Assembly (NCBI GenBank): GCA_963801355.1
Contig: CAWDEM010000008.1
Span: 163,458-227,457 of the forward strand
Source of the DNA: Ignavibacteriota bacterium
GTDB taxonomy: Bacteria; Bacteroidota; Ignavibacteria; UBA10030; UBA6906
Direction of reading: 5' to 3'
Length of the DNA: 64,000 nt
The notes under the pieces were generated by a model. It ran no database searches, had not been told where the DNA came from, and was given only the letters and a program-made list of their open reading frames with translations. Shown here piece after piece: positions 44,825-52,364 of this stretch; position 1 is the first letter of the stretch, and every line of letters starts with the position of its first letter. The position numbers and the translations under genes were made by a program.

Positions 44825-47800
44825 ATGATGTTCACAATTCCCCTCCTCCTTGCCTTCCTTTTTTCTACAGTTCCTCAGACTGTTCCTGTGTCAGTCCTTC
44901 TGGATGATTTCTCGACGCTTGCCGGTTGGAAGACCATCGTTTCCGACGGGGCGGCGCTCAGGCTGGAAGCCGCCAGGGGAGCGTCCGGAATGTGTATGAT
45001 GATGGAATTCGACCTGACCGGAGGGGCCGGCTACGTGATTGCGGAAAAGCCGTTCAACATCGATCTTCCCGCAGACTATCAATTCACGTTTGACCTCCGT
45101 GGAGAGACTCCGATCAACAACTTCGAGTTTAAGGTCATTGACGAATACGAAAACGTTCACTGGATAAAGAAGCTGAATGTCACCTATCCGACAGAGTGGA
45201 CGAAGCAACGGATCAAGAAGCGGCATCTCAGCTTTGCCTGGGGTCCGGCAGCGGGGAAAGAACTCCGGCATGTGCGTGCGCTGCAGTTCGTCGTGTCAGC
45301 GGGAACGGGAGGGAGGGGGAGAGTCTGGGTGGACAATTTCCGGTTCGAGCGCCTGGATGACAGCGCTGCGGCCGGGGCAGTCGCCGTTGTGATCAATGGC
45401 GAAGCACGGATTGACGCTGCCGGAACTGTCCTGACATTCTGGGCCTCCGGTGCCGCTCCCGATTCCCTGGTCATCGACTTCCATCACACGAAGGAGGTAG
45501 GCGGAGCCGTGATCGACTGGGACAGTGCGGATTATGCGAGCTCCTATGACATACTCACGTCGGATGATGGAAATGACTGGAATCATGTATATGGTGTTCA
45601 GCGTGGGAAGCCGGGGCGCGCGTACATCCCCTGTGGCGAGGCGGAGGGGAGATTCTTGAAATTGCGCACTCGTGGCGACAGTCGCGGCCGGGGTGCGGTC
45701 ATGCTGAGAATGTACATCAAAGATCCCTCCTTCTCTTCCTCATCCAACAACCTGTACCGGACAATTGCTGGAGAGGCGCCTCCAGGTTATTTTCCGAAGT
45801 ACTTCCTGGACCAGCAATCGTACTGGACGGTGGTCGGAGTGAGCGGGGACGCCAAAGAGGCGTTGATCAACGAGCAGGGTCAGATCGAGGTGGACCGTGT
45901 GCGGTTTTCCCTTGAGCCCTTCCTCTTCGTCGATGGGAGGCTGGTAACCTGGAATGACGTCAACACAACCCCTTCGCTGCGCAAAGGCTATCTGCCCATT
46001 CCTTCCGTCACGTGGAACTACAGAGGCGCGGTGACATTGACGATCGAAGCAGTCGCAGCCGGAGCACGCGGACAGTCGTTCCTCGGCATCCGGTATTCTC
46101 TGACAACCAGGGTGGAAAACCTCCACGGGAAGCTGTTTGTAGCGATCCGGCCATTCCAGGTCAACCCGCCCTGGCAATTCCTGAACATTCAAGGTGGGAC
46201 AGCGCGCGTCGACACTATCTCGTACCGGGACGGAATGGTCTTCGTGGACAGCACCATGATAATCCCGATGAAGGCGCCGACCGGATTCGGCGCACTGGAG
46301 TTCGACGAGGGTGATATTACTGAATATCTTGCACGGGGCGAATTGCCGCGCGCGCAACACGTGTACGATCACTCCGGCCATGCCTCGGCAGGGCTCTCGT
46401 ATGATTTTCGTCTCGACCGGAGTGAGACAAAGGAAGTACACTTCGTCATCCCCTTCCATGGCCGGGACCCTTCTGCGATTCCGGAGTTTGACGAGTTGAT
46501 GCAGGCGAGCGTGAAGGCATGGGAGGGCAGTCTTGATAGGGTGGAGTTCTCCCTGCCTCCTTCCGCGCAAGATGTCGCGCGGACACTCAAATCGAATCTC
46601 GCATACATTTTCATCAATCGTGATGGTCCCGGAATTCAGCCCGGCTCGCGGAGCTACGAGCGTTCGTGGATTCGCGACGGATCGTTGACCTGTGCCGCTC
46701 TTCTGCGGCTCGGGCACCAGGAGGAGGTGCGGGAGTTCATCGACTGGTATGCACGGGGACAATTCCCGAATGGCAAGGTCCCGTGCGTGATTGATGCCCG
46801 GGGTTCCGACCCGGTGCCCGAACATGACAGCCACGGAGAATTCATCTATGCAATACGGCAGTACTTCCTCTTCTCAAAGGACACGGCCTGGCTGCGGGGG
46901 AAGTTTGACGGGGTGACCAGAGCAGTCCGCTACATCCAGTCTCTCCGCGCTGAGCGGAAGACGGAGGTGTACCGCACCGGAACGCCGGAGCAACGTGCCT
47001 GTTTCGGTCTGGTGCCGGAGTCCATCAGTCACGAGGGATATTCTGACGTTCCGCGTCACTCCTACTGGGATTGTTTTTTTGTTCTGCGCGGGCTGAAAGA
47101 CGCCACAGCAATCGCGGAGGCACTCGGCGAAAACGCTTTAAGCCGGGAGTTCGCTGAAGAACGGGACGATTTCCAGCGGGATCTCTATGCATCGATGCGT
47201 CTGGCGATGCACACAACCGGCGTCGACTATATCCCCGGCTGTGTGGAGCTCGGTGATTTTGACGCGACATCCACGACGGTCGGACTCGCGCCGGGCGGAG
47301 AACTCGGAGCGATACCGGAACCGCAGTTGCACAACACGTTCGACCGGTACTACGGGTTCTTCCAGAAACGGAAGGCCGATGCCATGTTCGTCAATTACAC
47401 GCCGTACGAGGCCCGCATCATCGGATCCTTCGTCCTGCTGGGGGAGAAGGAGCGTGCGGCGGATCTCATGCAGTTCCTTCTCAACGATCGCCGGCCCACT
47501 GCATGGAATCACTGGGCCGAGGTTGTGTGGCGGCATCCGGCAACCCCGAAATATATCGGCGACATGCCCCACACATGGGTGGGATCTGATTTCATCCGGT
47601 CGGTGCTCACGATGTTCCTGTACGATCGCGAACGGGATTCGGCTCATGTCCTGTGCGCCGGAATTCCGGACCGGTGGATCCTCGACCCTGCCGGTGTCAG
47701 AGTCGAGCGGCTTCCCACATATCACGGGACGATCAGCTACACATTGCGGAGAAGCGGGAAGAGTGTTCTCGCTGCTGTATCAGGCAGCTTTGACGCTGCG

Positions 47801-47941
47801 CATCATAGATTGCTCATTGCTTCCCCCCTGGCGAGCAGGCTTCGCGGCGTGGAGGTTAATGGCCGGCCGGTGCCGGTCCTTGAGAGTCGTGAAATTATCT
47901 TGAAGGCATTACCCGCACAGGTGGAGTTCATGTACCGATGA
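44825..47941 (+). CDS. Secreted multidomain protein: N-terminal jelly-roll, discoidin (F5/8 type C)-like domain and C-terminal (alpha/alpha)6-barrel glycoside-hydrolase-like domain
   Basis: Signal peptide MMFTIPLLLAFLFS. Discoidin-like segment VIDWDSADYASSYDILTSDDGNDWNHV..RFLKLR. The C-terminal ERSWIRDGSLTCAALLRLGH..EFIDWYA resembles GH15/GH63-type barrels. The stop codon overlaps the SBP start (ATGA). Confidence 0.5.
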   Translation: MMFTIPLLLAFLFSTVPQTVPVSVLLDDFSTLAGWKTIVSDGAALRLEAARGASGMCMMMEFDLTGGAGYVIAEKPFNIDLPADYQFTFDLRGETPINNFEFKVIDEYENVHWIKKLNVTYPTEWTKQRIKKRHLSFAWGPAAGKELRHVRALQFVVSAGTGGRGRVWVDNFRFERLDDSAAAGAVAVVINGEARIDAAGTVLTFWASGAAPDSLVIDFHHTKEVGGAVIDWDSADYASSYDILTSDDGNDWNHVYGVQRGKPGRAYIPCGEAEGRFLKLRTRGDSRGRGAVMLRMYIKDPSFSSSSNNLYRTIAGEAPPGYFPKYFLDQQSYWTVVGVSGDAKEALINEQGQIEVDRVRFSLEPFLFVDGRLVTWNDVNTTPSLRKGYLPIPSVTWNYRGAVTLTIEAVAAGARGQSFLGIRYSLTTRVENLHGKLFVAIRPFQVNPPWQFLNIQGGTARVDTISYRDGMVFVDSTMIIPMKAPTGFGALEFDEGDITEYLARGELPRAQHVYDHSGHASAGLSYDFRLDRSETKEVHFVIPFHGRDPSAIPEFDELMQASVKAWEGSLDRVEFSLPPSAQDVARTLKSNLAYIFINRDGPGIQPGSRSYERSWIRDGSLTCAALLRLGHQEEVREFIDWYARGQFPNGKVPCVIDARGSDPVPEHDSHGEFIYAIRQYFLFSKDTAWLRGKFDGVTRAVRYIQSLRAERKTEVYRTGTPEQRACFGLVPESISHEGYSDVPRHSYWDCFFVLRGLKDATAIAEALGENALSREFAEERDDFQRDLYASMRLAMHTTGVDYIPGCVELGDFDATSTTVGLAPGGELGAIPEPQLHNTFDRYYGFFQKRKADAMFVNYTPYEARIIGSFVLLGEKERAADLMQFLLNDRRPTAWNHWAEVVWRHPATPKYIGDMPHTWVGSDFIRSVLTMFLYDRERDSAHVLCAGIPDRWILDPAGVRVERLPTYHGTISYTLRRSGKSVLAAVSGSFDAAHHRLLIASPLASRLRGVEVNGRPVPVLESREIILKALPAQVEFMYR

Positions 47942-49227
47942 ACAGGCTTCTGTGGCGAGCATATCCGGTCTGCCTGCTGTTGTCCCTTGCCGCCCTCATC
48001 AGTGGGTGCGACGGCCGTTCTCCGGAAAAAACCGTCATCCGTTTCTGGGCGCTGGGGGCGGAGGGGGACAACATCCGGCAGCTCATGCCGGAATTCGAGC
48101 GGCGGAATCCCGGAATCTCCGTGAAAGTGCAATCACTCCCCTGGACCGCCGCACACGAGAAACTGCTGACCTCCTATGCGGGGAATTCGATGCCCGATCT
48201 GTTCCAGCTGGGGAACACGTGGATCCCGGAGTTCCAGGTGCTCGGAGCGATCGAGGACCTGGACCCGTGGATCAACACATCGCGCGTTGTCAGCGAGCAA
48301 TCGTTCTTCCCTGGTGTCTGGGCGACCAACCGCGCCGACAGTGCGATCGTTGGAATCCCCTGGTACGTCGACACGAGGGTCCTGTTCTACCGGAAGGATC
48401 TCTGTGCCGCCGCGGGGTACGTCCGGCCTCCGGCCACATGGGACGAGTGGAAGGATCTGTCGCGGAAGCTCAAGCAGGCTGCCGTGCGTGAGGGAAGACA
48501 GGCCTATGCGATTTTGCTCCCGACCAACGAGTGGGCTCCGCCTACGATCCTTGCGCTGCAGCGGGGCGCTTCTTTTCTGAAGGAACAGAACACGCGTGGT
48601 GCGTTCAGTGACTCACTTTTCCGTGACGCCTTTGAGTTCTACTGCAGCTTCTTTGCCGAGCGCCTGGCGCCGATCGGAGTCACCCAGGTCACCAATGTCT
48701 ACCAGGGTTTTGCAGAAGGGTTCTTCGCGATGTACATCACCGGCCCGTGGAACGTCGGCGAGTTTCGCCGGCGCCTTCCGCCGGAGATGCGGGATCGATG
48801 GATGACTGCGCCGTTGCCCGGTCCCGGGCCCGCTGGGACGGGTGTGTCTCTGGCAGGAGGATCGAGTCTGGCCATGGCAAGGTCGGCGTCAGACAAGGAT
48901 GCAGTCTGGAAGCTGATCGAGTATCTATCCGATGCCCCTCAGCAGCGGGAGTTCTACCGGATTACGGGCAATCTCCCTGCACGCAAAGAGGTGTGGGATG
49001 ACACGCTTCTGGCTGTCGACCCCTATCTGCATGCCTTTCGGATCCAGCTTGGCGCGCTTGCCTCTCCCCCCGCAATTCCGCAGTGGGAGCAGATAGCCAT
49101 GAAGGTACAGGATTATGCCGAGATCGGGTCGGTGGGAAAGACGCCCGTGCCCGAAATTCTCGCCCGGCTTGACCGGGATGCAGACGTGATACTCGAAAAA
49201 CGCCGCTGGCTGCTCTTCGGTGAATAG
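47938..49227 (+). CDS. ABC transporter sugar-binding lipoprotein (solute-binding family 1)
   Basis: Lipobox ALISGCDG. VIRFWALGAEGDNIRQLMPEFERRNPGISVKVQSLPWTAAHEKLLT is typical of oligosaccharide SBPs. Confidence 0.85.
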   Translation: MNRLLWRAYPVCLLLSLAALISGCDGRSPEKTVIRFWALGAEGDNIRQLMPEFERRNPGISVKVQSLPWTAAHEKLLTSYAGNSMPDLFQLGNTWIPEFQVLGAIEDLDPWINTSRVVSEQSFFPGVWATNRADSAIVGIPWYVDTRVLFYRKDLCAAAGYVRPPATWDEWKDLSRKLKQAAVREGRQAYAILLPTNEWAPPTILALQRGASFLKEQNTRGAFSDSLFRDAFEFYCSFFAERLAPIGVTQVTNVYQGFAEGFFAMYITGPWNVGEFRRRLPPEMRDRWMTAPLPGPGPAGTGVSLAGGSSLAMARSASDKDAVWKLIEYLSDAPQQREFYRITGNLPARKEVWDDTLLAVDPYLHAFRIQLGALASPPAIPQWEQIAMKVQDYAEIGSVGKTPVPEILARLDRDADVILEKRRWLLFGE

Positions 49228-50101
49228 TCAAAGACCATATGCGCTTGTGCTCTTCCTGGCGCCGGCCCTGACGGCGATAGGACTCTTCTTTTTTATCCCT
49301 GTTCTTGCCGCCCTGGTTCTCAGCTTCACTGATTTCGATATCTATGCGCTCGGCAATTTTTCGGTGGCGCGGTTTGTCGGCCTTCGCAACTATCTGCAGA
49401 TTGCCGGGGATCCGCTCTTCTGGAAGGCCCTGAAAAACACCCTCTACTTCCTGCTGGCAGGCGGTCCGCTTTCCATTGCTGTTTCGCTTGGTGCGGCGCT
49501 CCTCTTGAACGCGAAGATGGTCCGGTGGAAGCCGGTCTTCCGGTTCGTCTATTTTGCCCCGGTCGTGACCACTCTTGTCGCGGTTGCCGTGGTCTGGCGC
49601 TTTGTGTACCATCCCCGCTTTGGTCTGTTGAACTATGCGCTCGGGCTTGTGGGGATAAATCCCATCGACTGGCTGGGGGACCCGAACTGGGCCATGCCGG
49701 CGATGATCATCCTGGCCGTCTGGAAGAATTTTGGCTACAACATGATCATCTTTATCGCCGGACTTCAGAATATCCCGGAATCTCTGTACGAAGCTGCGAG
49801 CATCGATGGCGCCGGGTCCTGGCAGCGTTTCCGCACGATTACGTTGCCACTCCTGGCTCCGACGACGTTGTTCATCACGATCATCACGATGATCGGGTAT
49901 TTCCAGTTCTTTGCCGAGCCATATGTCATGACCCAGGGGGGGCCGCTGAACAGCACCCTCAGCATTGTCATGCTCATGTACCAGCAGGGCTTCCGGTGGT
50001 GGAGTATGGGGTATGCCGCCGCGATCGCGTTCGTTCTGTTCCTGTTCATTCTCCTTGTCTCCGTGGCGCAAACGAGATTACAGCGAGGGAGGGCCGGCTG
50101 A
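49220..50101 (+). CDS. Carbohydrate ABC transporter permease (MalF/UgpA-like)
   Basis: Six TM segments. EAA loop ESLYEAASIDGAGSWQRFRTITLPLL. Confidence 0.85.
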   Translation: MNSQRPYALVLFLAPALTAIGLFFFIPVLAALVLSFTDFDIYALGNFSVARFVGLRNYLQIAGDPLFWKALKNTLYFLLAGGPLSIAVSLGAALLLNAKMVRWKPVFRFVYFAPVVTTLVAVAVVWRFVYHPRFGLLNYALGLVGINPIDWLGDPNWAMPAMIILAVWKNFGYNMIIFIAGLQNIPESLYEAASIDGAGSWQRFRTITLPLLAPTTLFITIITMIGYFQFFAEPYVMTQGGPLNSTLSIVMLMYQQGFRWWSMGYAAAIAFVLFLFILLVSVAQTRLQRGRAG

Positions 50102-50919
50102 TGCGCATCGTGAAATCCTTGGGGCTGCATGGAGTACTGCTCATGCTGGCTGTCGTCACGATGGCGCCGCTGTTCTGGATGGTTTCCGCGTCGTTCATGG
50201 CCGGTGGCGAGGCAAGCTCGTTCCCTCCGCCGTTCCTTCCGGCGCACCCGACGATGCAGCAGTACGTCGAGCTTTTCACGCGGCTAAATATCACACACTA
50301 TGTCATCAACAGCGCCTTGCTTGCACTCACCGTGACAGGGATCTCGTTGCTGGTCAACTCCATGGCGGGATATGCGTTTGCGAAATACCGTTTCGCGGGC
50401 CGGGAGAAACTGTTCAAGCTATTGATTGCTTCCATGGTGATCCCGGCCCAGGTGACAATGCTTCCGCTGTTTCTTATGCTCAACAAGATGGGGCTTGTCA
50501 ACACGTATCTCGGTGTCATTATCCCGGGCCTGGCGAGCATTTTCGGGATCTTCCTCATCCGCCAGTTCGCGCTTTCAATTCCGGACAGTCTGATCGAGGC
50601 CGCGAGAATGGACGGAGCCGGGGATTTCCGCATTTACTGGTCGGTCATTCTTCCCCTCTGCAAGCCCATACTCATCACGCTCGCAATTTTCACCTTCATG
50701 GGAACCTGGAACGATTTTCTCTGGCCGCTCATCATCATGACAGATGACTCGATGTACACGCTCCCTGTGGCGCTCGCGAGTCTGTCGGGCGAGCACGTGC
50801 AGGATACCGAGCTCATGATGGCCGGATCGGTGATGACCGTCCTCCCGGTGATGCTGGTGTTCCTTGCCCTCCAGAAGTACTACATCAGCGGGATCATGGC
50901 TGGAGGAGTGAAAGAGTAG
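50101..50919 (+). CDS. Carbohydrate ABC transporter permease (MalG/UgpE-like)
   Basis: ATG 50101 overlaps the preceding stop codon. EAA loop DSLIEAARMDGAGDFRIYWSVILPL. The 464-aa track ORF from 49525 is an out-of-frame overlap artefact upstream of this start. Confidence 0.85.
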   Translation: MRIVKSLGLHGVLLMLAVVTMAPLFWMVSASFMAGGEASSFPPPFLPAHPTMQQYVELFTRLNITHYVINSALLALTVTGISLLVNSMAGYAFAKYRFAGREKLFKLLIASMVIPAQVTMLPLFLMLNKMGLVNTYLGVIIPGLASIFGIFLIRQFALSIPDSLIEAARMDGAGDFRIYWSVILPLCKPILITLAIFTFMGTWNDFLWPLIIMTDDSMYTLPVALASLSGEHVQDTELMMAGSVMTVLPVMLVFLALQKYYISGIMAGGVKE

Positions 50920-50936
50920 GTCCCATGAAAACGCAG

Positions 50937-50989
50937 AGGCCCTTCATTTCGGAAGGGCCTCGCGGTGAGCGACCTTGTTTCAAGGTCGG
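50937..50989 (+). terminator. Two tandem stem-loops at the end of the glycan operon
   Basis: Perfect 10-bp stem GAGGCCCTTC/GAAGGGCCTC (50937-50962). A 7-bp stem CGACCTT/AAGGTCG (50971-50989) follows. They lie between convergent genes. Confidence 0.6.
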
Positions 50990-51032
50990 CTGTTATCTTA
51001 TGTCACTGTCGGGCAATGTGCCGACTAGTAGA

Positions 51033-51938
51033 CTAGCGGATGAGCGTCATGAGCTTTGTTTGCACGAAGGATGGTGTTTGAGAACCCTCGGCATACGCAC
51101 TGAGGCGATACAGATAAACCCCGCTTGCTGCTCCTGATGCATTCCATTTTACTTCGTGAGTGCCCGGGCTCTGCTTCGCATCTACCAGCACAGCCACTTC
51201 CCGGCCAAGCATATCGTACACCACCAACCGTACACTACTGGCAGCCTTTCCGTCGACACCTCCCTGGGCGGGCAGCTGATACGTGATGGTGGTTGACGGG
51301 TTGAAGGGATTGGGGTAGTTCTGCTCGAGCGCAAATCGGTCGGGTGAGGTGTTGTCGGAGGATCCCACCGCACTCGCTGCGCCCCAGGCAAGATCATCCA
51401 CGATGTAGTATGACCCAATGGTCGCCAACCCTGACGTTCCGCTAAGCTGTATGGACACGATCGCGCTATCGGGCGTTTCTCCCGAGATATAACCTATGTT
51501 GACGACAAATTCTTGGTACGCGTTTGTGGATGTGGTAGTGTTGAACGCGCCACCTCCGATGCCGGAATCAGCCTTCATGAGGGCTACAACAACGTGGAAA
51601 AAATCCCCTGTAGCCAGCGAAGCTTTGTACCATCCATGCAGGGCTCCCGGCCGGGAATTCATGGTGAACGCAGGTTCAGTGAGGAGGGCGGGGGGGAACC
51701 CGAAACCAGGGGCGATCTGAGTGACCTCCCCCCGAGCCGCAGACGACCCTGAATGGACTTCAGTGGATTGCGTGACATTGAGGAACGTTGGCGGGTCGTT
51801 TGTTGTCGACCATCCGGTCGGGTTACCTGCAACCCAAGCCTCAAAACCAGCATTGGGAATAGTCTGAGCGTTGCTGCTGTCTTGCTGAGCAAGTGCAGAA
51901 AACGCCGCGATCGCCAACCAGTAACGGAAACGTTTCAT
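51033..51938 (-). CDS. T9SS-secreted protein of unknown function
   Basis: AAGGAG RBS. Signal peptide MKRFRYWLAIAAFSALAQ. Jelly-roll-like N-terminal domain. Sorting domain LEQNYPNPFNPSTTI...GVYLYRL. Confidence 0.7.
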   Translation of the reverse strand: MKRFRYWLAIAAFSALAQQDSSNAQTIPNAGFEAWVAGNPTGWSTTNDPPTFLNVTQSTEVHSGSSAARGEVTQIAPGFGFPPALLTEPAFTMNSRPGALHGWYKASLATGDFFHVVVALMKADSGIGGGAFNTTTSTNAYQEFVVNIGYISGETPDSAIVSIQLSGTSGLATIGSYYIVDDLAWGAASAVGSSDNTSPDRFALEQNYPNPFNPSTTITYQLPAQGGVDGKAASSVRLVVYDMLGREVAVLVDAKQSPGTHEVKWNASGAASGVYLYRLSAYAEGSQTPSFVQTKLMTLIR

Positions 51939-52071
51939 CGCCGACTCCTTCTATAGTGAATCCAGTACCTCTATTAACACTGGTGTCGGCGACAATGTTC
52001 CCGGATCCCGGGCGTGGTGGGAACCGATTGACTATGGTCAGTTGACTAATTGACTATCGTCAATCGGCTTG

Positions 52072-52157
52072 TACCAAAGGAGGGACTCGAACCCTCACCT
52101 GGTGTGAGCCAGACTGGATTTTGAGTCCAGCGCGTCTACCAATTCCGCCACTTTGGC
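52072..52157 (-). tRNA. tRNA-Leu (anticodon CAA)
   Basis: Minus strand reads GCCAAAGTGGCGGAATTGGTAGACGCGCTGGACTCAAAATCCAGTCTGGCTCACACCAGGTGAGGGTTCGAGTCCCTCCTTTGGTA. It folds as a cloverleaf with anticodon loop CTCAAAA, a long variable arm and T-loop GGTTCGAGTCC. CCA is not encoded. Confidence 0.9.
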
Positions 52158-52364
52158 TTGTGAGAACTTTAGCATACAAATTTACGCTCTGCGCAGCCGA
52201 GAATCAAGGAGAAAAGCGCACACAGCCACCCTCGACCCATTGCCCCTACCCATTGTCCACTACCCCATTGTCCATGCCGATCGTTGTCTTTACTCCCACC
52301 CCCCATTGCCGTATATTTCCACCGCATGACCCCGCCGGCCGAAATACCATTATCAGTTGCACGC

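Noticed and set aside
432-50071. Numerous other long alternative-frame or antisense ORFs (e.g. 432-1136, 1968-2741, 10005-10850, 14361-15158, 30773-31675, 33963-34799, 35964-36710, 42386-43303, 45740-46834, 47138-47725, 48962-50071)
   Set aside because: Each lies inside a better-supported gene on the other strand or in another frame. All show the Arg/Pro/Gly/His-rich composition expected from out-of-frame reading of high-GC coding DNA.
49525-50100. Upstream part of the 464-aa track ORF (49525-50919) as a permease N-terminal extension
   Set aside because: It overlaps the MalF-like permease gene in another frame. ATG 50101 overlaps that gene's stop codon and gives a normal MalG-like N-terminus (MRIVKSLGLHGVLLMLAVV).
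50925-51137. 70-aa + strand ORF after the ABC operon
   Set aside because: It spans the two terminator hairpins and the 3' end of the convergent T9SS cargo gene. It has no RBS and a Cys/Arg-rich product.
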